Part shown: positions 1 through 8,402 of the stretch, piece after piece
How positions within the stretch are numbered: the stretch's first letter is position 1
Layout of the letters: each line of letters begins with the position of its first letter
NCBI GenBank assembly: GCA_038128265.1
Contig: JAYPJE010000028.1
Coordinates: forward strand, 1-53,985
DNA length: 53,985 nt
Source of the DNA: Gemmatimonadota bacterium
GTDB taxonomy: Bacteria > Latescibacterota > UBA2968 > UBA8231
Direction: 5' to 3'
Notes under the pieces: model-generated
What the model was told of the DNA's origin: nothing
The model's database searches: none
Seen by the model: only the letters and a program-made list of their open reading frames with translations
Position numbers and translations under genes: made by a program

Positions 1-1249
1 ATCCGTCATTGTCTACGTCTCCCCACGTGACGCCTTTGACAAATCCGACGTGATCAAGCCCCAGCGACGGGGCCACATCGACAAAAGTGCCATTGCCGCG
101 ATTGCGAAATAGCTGACACGGATGCGGCTGTCTCCCAGATTCGTTACCGACAAACAGATCCAACCAACCGTCGTTGTCATAATCGGCAAAAGCCGCCGAA
201 TTAGAGGGATGACGCGTGAATAGACCCGATTGACGCGTCACGTCAACAAACGTGCCGTCGCCCTCGTTGCGCAACAGCGAGTTGGGAATGCGCCCTTCTT
301 CCCCCATCCAGGCACCGCGAAGGACGAGCAGGTCGACATCCCCATCGTTATCGTAATCGGCCTGTTCGAGATTGAGTCCACCGATCTGTCCCTTGAAACC
401 AACCTGATCCGTTTGCTCGCTAAACGTCCCATCGCCCTCGTTGCGGAAGTAGCGCAGTGGATCAAACAATCCCCATGAAGAAACGACTATATCCATCAGT
501 CCATCGCCGTCGAAATCCTCCACAGCACTGCCGCCCGCCAATCCAACAGCAGCCACTCCAACGGATGCTGCGACATCTCTAAAACGCTCAATCCCTTTGT
601 CTCCATCAAATATCTCGGCGGGAAGACGCCACTGCGCTGGAACGCCGTGTGGGTGTTCGCCCAGCGTCATATACGCGAGGTTGAGCAGCCAGCGGGTGCC
701 CATGTGATCCGGGCGCTTTTTCAAATTGATTTCATAGTGTTCGATCGCGCGACGCGAACCTTCCTCTAGCGTGTGAACACCATTTCCCTGAATCGGCAGT
801 AAGCACGAATCCGTAGTGTGGTTCTCAAGACAGTTTTCCTGTTCTCCCAGGCGCAACCAAGCGATGCCTAATTGGTCGTGTAGCATAAAAACAAAACCGT
901 CTGTTGCAGGGACTTGACCAGCCTCTACTAGTTCCAAGATGCTTTCTAACTCCGCAATACCGGCCCGCGTATCTCCGGCCCGTATGCGCTCTTGCGCAAT
1001 GCGCACGCGCATATTGATACGCTTACCCATACTCATCGGCTGGTCCATAACAGAACTCATTCCCACTGCTCGCTGTTTATTCAGGTAGATATTAGCCAGT
1101 GGATCCGCTCGCCCAGCCAAGCGCACTAGGACGGTAGCCATAAATCTGGAATCATCGACCATGGTATTCGCCCGTTGAGCCATACTACAATCGGCCCACA
1201 GCATCAACGTCAGCACGAGTTGAAAACGCGTAGGGAATAATATTCGCAT
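1..1249 (-). CDS. CRTAC1/ASPIC-UnbV family secreted protein with FG-GAP repeats (3' end runs off the window)
   Basis: Not in the ORF track because there is no stop in the window. Manual translation from ATG at 1249 gives MRILFPTRFQLVLTLMLWA..., then EDFDGDGLMDIVVS, ADYDNDGDVDLLVLRG, ADYDNDGWLDLFVGN and LFRNRGNGTFVDV repeats, open to position 1. Confidence 0.88.
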   Translation of the reverse strand, partial: MRILFPTRFQLVLTLMLWADCSMAQRANTMVDDSRFMATVLVRLAGRADPLANIYLNKQRAVGMSSVMDQPMSMGKRINMRVRIAQERIRAGDTRAGIAELESILELVEAGQVPATDGFVFMLHDQLGIAWLRLGEQENCLENHTTDSCLLPIQGNGVHTLEEGSRRAIEHYEINLKKRPDHMGTRWLLNLAYMTLGEHPHGVPAQWRLPAEIFDGDKGIERFRDVAASVGVAAVGLAGGSAVEDFDGDGLMDIVVSSWGLFDPLRYFRNEGDGTFSEQTDQVGFKGQIGGLNLEQADYDNDGDVDLLVLRGAWMGEEGRIPNSLLRNEGDGTFVDVTRQSGLFTRHPSNSAAFADYDNDGWLDLFVGNESGRQPHPCQLFRNRGNGTFVDVAPSLGLDHVGFVKGVTWGDVDNDG

Positions 1250-1343
1250 GTTCCTTGATCGCTCGGGTGTATAACGCATTGTTTTTGGTATATTATCTAT
1301 GTTAAATTACCGCGATACAACGCCGGACTAGACCTAATCGCAT

Positions 1344-2651
1344 TTGTCAAAATGCAACTCCATTAAATCAGACCAACTGCTCAATTCGATGTTCCAATCG
1401 CTGCTTGATGCATCATTAACACGCCTCTTCCGCCAGACGCGGCACGGCCTATTGATTGTTCTACCTTGGGTTTGCACAGCCTGCGAGGATTCCCAACAGA
1501 ACTCGCCCATAGCGGTTGTTAATCCAGAAGAAGTATCTGGTGATCGCCTAATACAACAAGGCCAATACAGCCGCGCAGTAGAGGCCTATAGGCGTGCAGT
1601 GCAGCGACAGCCCAATACGGCGATGCTACAACGCAAGCTGGCCGATGCCTACGCACGCGACGGTAAATACGCTTTAGCGCTCACCACTTATAAAGAAGTT
1701 GCTGTGCTACAGCCACATTATCCCAAAGCCCAAACAGAACAGGCGATCGTGCTGACTAGGCTCAATCGCCACGCCGAAGCAATTACCTTGCTCGAAAGCG
1801 TGACCACTTCTGCACCGGACTATGCGTGGGCCCATATGGCGCTCGGTCTGCTGTATTTCCGCCAAGCTGAATACGATCTAGCTATTGCCGCCTACCAACG
1901 AGCCATAGACTCGAAAGAAGACTACGGCGAAGCCTGGTATAACTTAGGCGAAACATACGTAAAGCGCAGCAGTTTTGCGGCTGCCGAAAAAGCGTATAGA
2001 AATGCTCTGCAAGCCGACTCGACGGCGGCTAAATACCACAGTGGCCTGGGTATCAGCCTGTTGAAACAACGCCAGCTTGAAGAGGCCATCTCTATACTCA
2101 AGCGCGCTCTGGCAATCGATTCACTTCACGCTCAAGCGCGCTTTAATTTAGGCAATGCTCTTCTGCGCAGCGGTCAGAAGGACGAAGGGCGCCGTCATCT
2201 ATCGATCTTTAAAGAGCTGGAGAACCAAGAAAAACGCCTCGTCAGTTTGCGCAACGCCCTGAGCAAGAACCCCGATCGCGCTGAGCCCTACCATAAGTTG
2301 GCCGTTCTGTACGGACAGCGTGGGCAGTATGAGGAAGCGCGTATTCACTACCTTCAAGCCGTAAACCGCGATCCTGATTTTGCTCCTGCCTATCACAACT
2401 TGGGCAACCTACTGCTACGCCAGCGGCAGCCGGAATCTGCTTTGAAAATGTTTCGCCGTGCCATACAGGCCGATTCTACCTACGCTCTTTCTTATCTTGC
2501 ATTGGGTAACGTATTGATGATGCGGCGCCAATTTGACCAAGCGCTTGCAAGCTACCAGCACGGCCTGCGCTTTGCTCCAGACGACGTGCGTCTGCAGCGC
2601 CGGGTTACCGCAACCCGTGAGATCATTCACACATCCGCGCAAAGCTACTAA
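1344..2651 (+). CDS. Tetratricopeptide repeat protein, possibly a lipoprotein
   Basis: Many TPR units (AWYNLGETY, ARFNLGNALL, AYHNLGNLLL). Hydrophobic stretch with Cys near the N-terminus. True start may be ATG 1389 or later. Confidence 0.85.
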   Translation: MSKCNSIKSDQLLNSMFQSLLDASLTRLFRQTRHGLLIVLPWVCTACEDSQQNSPIAVVNPEEVSGDRLIQQGQYSRAVEAYRRAVQRQPNTAMLQRKLADAYARDGKYALALTTYKEVAVLQPHYPKAQTEQAIVLTRLNRHAEAITLLESVTTSAPDYAWAHMALGLLYFRQAEYDLAIAAYQRAIDSKEDYGEAWYNLGETYVKRSSFAAAEKAYRNALQADSTAAKYHSGLGISLLKQRQLEEAISILKRALAIDSLHAQARFNLGNALLRSGQKDEGRRHLSIFKELENQEKRLVSLRNALSKNPDRAEPYHKLAVLYGQRGQYEEARIHYLQAVNRDPDFAPAYHNLGNLLLRQRQPESALKMFRRAIQADSTYALSYLALGNVLMMRRQFDQALASYQHGLRFAPDDVRLQRRVTATREIIHTSAQSY

Positions 2652-2653
2652 CC

Positions 2654-4321
2654 GTGTGCCGCTCGTCTTCACTAGCGCGCGTATTCTGTTTATCTCTCTG
2701 TATTTTTGCGGGAAATATAGCGCGATGTGCTGCTCTCCCCCATTTTGTCGAAGTAACGCAACAAGCCGGTATCGATTTCCGCTACACGAACGGGGCCAGC
2801 GGACAAAAGTACGTGCTCGAATCAATAGGCTCCGGTGCTGCTTTTTTTGACGCCGATGGCGATGGGTTCCTCGACCTGTATATCGTCAATGGCGCATCGC
2901 TGCCCGGATACGCCGGCCCCCCCGCATTCAACGCCCATTACCGCAACAAAGGAGATGGCACTTTTGTCGATATTACGCAAGAAGCCAAGACCGGTGATGC
3001 TGGATACGGCATGGGCGCAGCCATCGGCGATGTAGACAACGACGGTGCGCCCGATCTCTACGTGACCAACTACGGCCCCAACATATTCTATCGCAACAGC
3101 GGGAACGGCACCTTCGTCGATATTACGCAAGAAACGGACACGGGCGACTCCAGCTGGGGCACACATGCGTCATTTGCCGATATTGACAACGACGGCGACC
3201 TCGACCTCTACGTAGCTAACTATATGGCGTTTGACCTAGACAACAACGTGGAGTGCTTTACTGGGACGGCCCGGTCTATCTGCGGCCCCCTAACCTATCC
3301 CGGCCAGTCCGGTGTGCTATATAGGAACGACAGTGACGAGCAAATCCGCTTCACTAACGTGACGAACCAGGTGGGCCTAGCCAACGATACGGGACGCCAA
3401 CTGGCTGCCGTATTTGGCGATATCGATAGCGATGGCGATACAGACTTATTTGTGGCCAACGACGTCCAACCTAATTTTCTCTTTCTCAACAGCGGCGACG
3501 GCACATTTGTCGAAGAAGGCATCATCGCTGGTGTAGCTTATAACGATGATGGACTCGCTGAATCTGCTATGGGAGCTGATATAGGCGACTACGACAACGA
3601 TGGGCGATTTGACATTGTCTTATCCACCTTCCAGTGGCTACCTAATACGCTCTATCACAACGATGGCGATGGGTTTTTTACTGACCAAACGTTCGCATCC
3701 AACCTCGGAGAGCCGAGCGTACCCTATCTGGGCATGGCTGCCACCTTTATCGACTATGACAACGACGGATTCCTCGACGTCTACATTACCAATGGTCATC
3801 TCGATGACAACGTGCACGAATTTGACCCAGCCACATCCTACGCTCAGCAAAACCAGCTATTTCGCAATAGGGGCAACGGTTCGTTTGACGATGTGAGCGC
3901 AAGCAGCGGCCCCGGCCTGTTGGTCGAACGCGTCAGCCACGGTGCGGCACTGGGCGACTACGACAACGACGGCGACAGCGACATTTTTATTTCCGATTCG
4001 GCATCGCCCCGCTGCACTCTGTTGCGCAACGACGGCGGCAATGCCAACCACTATCTGACACTCGAGCTTATCGGCACTTCGAGCAACCGCGACGGGTTGG
4101 GCGCCCGCGTCCGCGCCGTTGCCGGCTCCTTAGTGCAAACTCGTGAAATACGCCGCAGTCACGGCTATATGGGAAGCAGCGACGTGCGTCTATTATTGGG
4201 TCTAGGATCTCAGTCTCGCGTCGACACATTGCACATAAATTGGCCTAGCGGTACTCAGCAGACGCTGGTAGACATTGAGTCTAATCAATACCTTATCGTG
4301 CGTGAAAACGCCAACAATTAG
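2654..4321 (+). CDS. CRTAC1/ASPIC-UnbV family protein (FG-GAP beta-propeller plus C-terminal ASPIC/UnbV domain)
   Basis: Repeated D(Y/I/V)DNDGxxDLYVxN motifs. C-terminal SNRDGLGARV...LLLGLG...INWPSG signature. N-terminal signal peptide. Confidence 0.92.
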   Translation: MCRSSSLARVFCLSLCIFAGNIARCAALPHFVEVTQQAGIDFRYTNGASGQKYVLESIGSGAAFFDADGDGFLDLYIVNGASLPGYAGPPAFNAHYRNKGDGTFVDITQEAKTGDAGYGMGAAIGDVDNDGAPDLYVTNYGPNIFYRNSGNGTFVDITQETDTGDSSWGTHASFADIDNDGDLDLYVANYMAFDLDNNVECFTGTARSICGPLTYPGQSGVLYRNDSDEQIRFTNVTNQVGLANDTGRQLAAVFGDIDSDGDTDLFVANDVQPNFLFLNSGDGTFVEEGIIAGVAYNDDGLAESAMGADIGDYDNDGRFDIVLSTFQWLPNTLYHNDGDGFFTDQTFASNLGEPSVPYLGMAATFIDYDNDGFLDVYITNGHLDDNVHEFDPATSYAQQNQLFRNRGNGSFDDVSASSGPGLLVERVSHGAALGDYDNDGDSDIFISDSASPRCTLLRNDGGNANHYLTLELIGTSSNRDGLGARVRAVAGSLVQTREIRRSHGYMGSSDVRLLLGLGSQSRVDTLHINWPSGTQQTLVDIESNQYLIVRENANN

Positions 4322-4336
4322 GAGAGCTTTTCCAAT

Positions 4337-5761
4337 ATGGAATTAACGATGCGCCAACTCCTACCCATTTTGCTCATACTCACCGCGTGCGAACAGCAGC
4401 ATGATACACCAGAGCCTCAATACGTAGCTCGTATCGGTGACACCGCCCTCGCGGGAGAAGAGTTTGTCTCCCGTGCCGAAAACCTGCTAAAGAGGGGTTA
4501 CCGCAGCATCCAGCAAATCGACCAACAGGCGAAGATGAAACTGCTCGATGGCGTCATCGCTCAGGACCTGTTAGTTCGCGAAGGCCTGGTTCAAGGTTTG
4601 GATCGCAAACCGGCCATTGCCCACGAGATAGAGCGCACGGCACAGAAAGCGATCATCAACAAACTCTACGAAAAACAAGCGCTAAGGGGCGATTACCGAT
4701 CGAGCGAAAAGGAACTACAGATCTTCGCTAAGGAATACGGATACGATACCGAAGTGTTAACGCGGCAAATCGTCTGCACCAGCGAAGAAGATGCGCTTGA
4801 AGCGCTACAGGCTCTTCTCGACGGAGTCTCATTCGAAGATTTGGTTCCCATATATTCTACGGCAGCCATCCAACGGCGCTTTGGCCCGGCGGGCAAATTA
4901 GGCTGGTTTAAGATGGGCCAGATGCTACCAGAACTAAAAGAGCCAACAGCCGCCCTTTCACCGGGCGAATATTCTCCGCGTCCAATAAAGACGCAAATGG
5001 GATTCCATGTTTTCAAGCTCGAAGCACGGCGCCCGCTTGACTTTGCGGCAAACCGATCATGGTTAGAAGAAAAGGCGCGCGTGCAGAAACGGGCAAATGA
5101 CATGGAGCAGTATATCCATCAATTACGGGACAAATACAACTTACAGCCCAACCGCGAAGGGCTGTTGGCCTTGGGCGCGCTGCCGCCAGAGACCCGCGAG
5201 GAGATAGGTGAACAATTGACCTTATTCAGCTGGGATGGTGGTCAATTGACTATAGAAGACTATCTGACCAGCCACCGGGGGGGGCACAGCACTCATCCTT
5301 CTAAATTGGATAGCGCAACGTTGCACAGGGCGACGGAGAACATGGCCGGTGTGCGTATTATGATGGAGGAAGGACGCGTCTTGGGCTACGACCGCGACGA
5401 AGAAATCGTGCGTCGAATCGAGCAGCGCCGCGACGAATTAATAGTAGATTGGCTCTATAGAACAGAGGGCGTGAACAAAGCACGCCAACAACCCATCGAA
5501 GACCAGCATATCAGCGCCTACTACGAATCCAATATCGAGCAGTATACCCGCAGCGACGGCAAAGTAGCACCCCTCAATCTCGTGCACAAAAGCATTGGCA
5601 CTCTACTTCGCACGCAGGCTGAAAACAAAGCGATGGATGACTTTATTGCCCTACTGCACGAAAAATACGGCGTCGAAAAATACCCCGACGCGCTCGCCAG
5701 CATCGACCTAACTCTACCGGTCCGTGCCCAAACCGGCAAAGACGGTGATAAAGGTAGATAA
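4337..5761 (+). CDS. PpiC/parvulin-type peptidyl-prolyl isomerase lipoprotein (SurA/PrsA-like chaperone)
   Basis: Lipobox ILTAC. Rotamase motifs GVSFEDL, GKLGWF and PIKTQMGFHVFKL flanked by helical SurA-like segments. Confidence 0.8.
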   Translation: MELTMRQLLPILLILTACEQQHDTPEPQYVARIGDTALAGEEFVSRAENLLKRGYRSIQQIDQQAKMKLLDGVIAQDLLVREGLVQGLDRKPAIAHEIERTAQKAIINKLYEKQALRGDYRSSEKELQIFAKEYGYDTEVLTRQIVCTSEEDALEALQALLDGVSFEDLVPIYSTAAIQRRFGPAGKLGWFKMGQMLPELKEPTAALSPGEYSPRPIKTQMGFHVFKLEARRPLDFAANRSWLEEKARVQKRANDMEQYIHQLRDKYNLQPNREGLLALGALPPETREEIGEQLTLFSWDGGQLTIEDYLTSHRGGHSTHPSKLDSATLHRATENMAGVRIMMEEGRVLGYDRDEEIVRRIEQRRDELIVDWLYRTEGVNKARQQPIEDQHISAYYESNIEQYTRSDGKVAPLNLVHKSIGTLLRTQAENKAMDDFIALLHEKYGVEKYPDALASIDLTLPVRAQTGKDGDKGR

Positions 5762-8356
5762 TCTAGTCGACGAAGGAGCGGACTCCAAATTTTCACGAGT
5801 CCACTGAACGCCGACGTTAGTCGTCAGCGCATAGCCCTGGTAGGCCGAGTTATTTGCCACCTGTGCCGCCAGTATTAAAACCGTGCCATCTTCCACGCTG
5901 CCTTGAGAAAGGCCCTCCGTAGCATCGCGCAAGTTGTTGGCAATCTCGTATTCCACTCCCGTCATCAGGCTCATATTGCGCGTGATATCGCGGCCGGCCA
6001 ACAGCGAAAATATCTCCGTCAAATGCTCCGACTTCGCAGCGCCCCTATCGGCGGGCACTTTGTTGCTGTACAACTGCTTCCAGTTGAGTATCAGGTCCCA
6101 TGAGCGCAGTTCGAGTGGATACTTTGCCTTGTTTACCATTCCCAGGAAACGCTGGTTGCGCAGTAAATCTCCGGTGGAACCCAACTGTGAATAGAGCTCG
6201 TGTTTGATCTTGGTACTAAAGGATACGGCGCGGTCGTAGTGCAGATCCATATACGTCGTATTGACAAATGCATCCCTTGCCGCCAGCGGATCGCGTACGA
6301 AGCGAGACCCACCCCGCGTTCCTGGAGTCTCCGTCCACAGGAATACGTCTTCGGGTATGTCATCGGCGACCTTGCGCGGGTTGGATATCAAACGCAGGCG
6401 CAGCTTGTGACGAGGTATTTTTTTGGTCGCGGTTAGCAATAAATAGCTCGTCGTATTTTCCCTATCTGTATCCAATAGGCGTTCGTCGAGATGGCCAGCC
6501 ATAGCGTGCACACCCGGCGTAATTTCAACGCCTACATAGGAATTGTATCCGCGGTGACCGCGCTTGTAGGGGTAATCTGCTTCGTTGTCATCCTCGAAGC
6601 GATCAATGACCCCATTGTTATTCATATCTACACCGAACAGAAAGTCGGGCGGATCGACTTCCATGCGCAAAAAGGGCTCGTCGTAGTCGGGTAGCCGATT
6701 GAAGTTGCGGTTAAAGTCGGACAGGTCGTCGTTGTTTTCGTCAATACCGGGAAATACTGCGCTATCGGTCAGCAAGCCAATTCCCTGACGGGTATTGACG
6801 CGCGGGCCCAAATAGCGCCGTGTCCAATCGGGCAATTCGTCTTGATCATCATTGTCGTCGACAAATTCAAAAATGCTCTGCTGTTCGTTGTCGTAAAAGA
6901 CCTCGCCCTCAGAATTGGGAATAAATGCTCGGGTGGAATAGTCGGTGTCCATGCTGAACACCTCGCCGAATAGCGTCCAAGGATACGTGCGTTTCTGCGC
7001 CGTCACATAGAAGGCTTCGGCATTGTTGGTTGCAAGAGTCTGGTCGTTTATGAAATTTTCGTTGGGAAAGCGGCGATACTGATAATTGCGCACGTACTCG
7101 CCCTTTAGATCAAAGCCGGCAACGCCGTTTATAGATAGGTCAAAACCCAGTAACCGATTACCAGTGGGCAGGCCATAGCGAAAGCGGTGAAATGCTTGAT
7201 TGGCCCCATCCTTCACGTTACCCGGAGCCCGCATAACGGTCAGAAATACCGGCGCTCCGAGCTGGTTGGTTTGTTTATTGGAAGCCACTTCAACCTTGTA
7301 ATCGTTGGCCAACACCAGTCCAATCTCAACGTCTTTGATCTCGCGAAAATCGTCTATTTTGTCTTCTGCTACAGGCGTAAAATCTTCTAGGTTGAAGGTG
7401 AGCGTTATCACGTCAGTGCCGCTAGCCTCAATAACACCGCGGCGACGCACCCCTCCCTCGACTACTGGCACGATATCTTCGGTGTGCTCGACGCCATCGG
7501 CAAATATCCGCCAACGTGCCAGCAGGGCACCTCCCTCGCCATCTTCGGGCGAGTCGTCTGAAATCCGCACGATGATAAGACGCACGAAGTCGTTATTCAT
7601 CGGGCCACTGAGTTGGCCCTTGAGGGAATTATCGCCAAAGGGAATATTGGAGTTCATGTGGGCGGCGTTGACAAAAGTGAAGCCCATCTTGGAAAAGTCC
7701 CCTATGTTGGCCTGACCACGAGCTGCCACCATATTGGTAAACGTGCTAAATCGCACCCCGGCCTCACCCTCAACTTTAGCCACGACGCCGGCATTATTTA
7801 TGCGGGATGTGAGCAGGGTCAAAGCGTATTTATCCGACATCATATCCCACTGCGCACCGTCAAACAGCGGTTTAGAGAACGTGAGAGGGGTTAGGGTCGT
7901 GCGAATACCATCACCCACCATAAGCGATGAGTGGAACTGACCCGAATTACTGGAGGAAATGAGAACATTGCTAAACCACGATCGAAAGCGCGGACTCTTA
8001 AAAATATCGCTGCCGCTTTCAGTGGGGAAATCTTCGGTCCAATCGTAAATCTGCCACCCCTGGCTAATGTAGTTACCGTACAGATCGTAAAAGGGGGAGC
8101 CTTCCAGGAAGACGTTGTTGTAACGCTGATACGGATTCCGCGCATAGTTGGAGTATTCTTCCTGCCGCCAGTCGTATAGCTCGTAGAGCCGCTGCGGATA
8201 ATACCACTTGCGCACCGAAGGCACTAGCGTGGAAGGGGCGACCTCAGTAGCCGAAGTGTAGTACGGATTATCGAATCCGGTAGCACGCTGGGCCACGGAC
8301 GGTGCAACAGCACCCAATACTATGCACCCAAAAAGTAATATTGCTCGATTTATCAC
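5714..8356 (-). CDS. Large exported protein, probable outer-membrane protein with Asp-rich Ca-binding-like loops
   Basis: GTG start with GGGAGG RBS and signal peptide. Acidic loops DDNDDQDELPD, DENNDDLSDFN and DMNNNGVIDRFEDD. C-terminal region has alternating hydrophobic strands ending TFITVFAGLG. Function unknown. Confidence 0.7.
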   Translation of the reverse strand: MINRAILLFGCIVLGAVAPSVAQRATGFDNPYYTSATEVAPSTLVPSVRKWYYPQRLYELYDWRQEEYSNYARNPYQRYNNVFLEGSPFYDLYGNYISQGWQIYDWTEDFPTESGSDIFKSPRFRSWFSNVLISSSNSGQFHSSLMVGDGIRTTLTPLTFSKPLFDGAQWDMMSDKYALTLLTSRINNAGVVAKVEGEAGVRFSTFTNMVAARGQANIGDFSKMGFTFVNAAHMNSNIPFGDNSLKGQLSGPMNNDFVRLIIVRISDDSPEDGEGGALLARWRIFADGVEHTEDIVPVVEGGVRRRGVIEASGTDVITLTFNLEDFTPVAEDKIDDFREIKDVEIGLVLANDYKVEVASNKQTNQLGAPVFLTVMRAPGNVKDGANQAFHRFRYGLPTGNRLLGFDLSINGVAGFDLKGEYVRNYQYRRFPNENFINDQTLATNNAEAFYVTAQKRTYPWTLFGEVFSMDTDYSTRAFIPNSEGEVFYDNEQQSIFEFVDDNDDQDELPDWTRRYLGPRVNTRQGIGLLTDSAVFPGIDENNDDLSDFNRNFNRLPDYDEPFLRMEVDPPDFLFGVDMNNNGVIDRFEDDNEADYPYKRGHRGYNSYVGVEITPGVHAMAGHLDERLLDTDRENTTSYLLLTATKKIPRHKLRLRLISNPRKVADDIPEDVFLWTETPGTRGGSRFVRDPLAARDAFVNTTYMDLHYDRAVSFSTKIKHELYSQLGSTGDLLRNQRFLGMVNKAKYPLELRSWDLILNWKQLYSNKVPADRGAAKSEHLTEIFSLLAGRDITRNMSLMTGVEYEIANNLRDATEGLSQGSVEDGTVLILAAQVANNSAYQGYALTTNVGVQWTRENLESAPSSTRLSTFITVFAGLGTDR

Positions 8357-8402
8357 GTCATCCCTCCCAAAGGTTTACGACGCTCCGGCGATACTGTGCT
8401 AA

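Noticed and set aside
1280..1307. Possible dif site (CTATGTTAAAT resembles the XerD arm TTATGTTAAAT)
   Set aside because: The would-be XerC arm (TGTTTTTGGTA) lacks the inner ATAA symmetry; more likely an AT-rich divergent promoter.
2960..3135. Direct DNA repeat GTCGATATTACGCAAGAA
   Set aside because: Encodes repeated FG-GAP blades (FVDITQE) within the CRTAC1 gene; not a CRISPR or mobile repeat.
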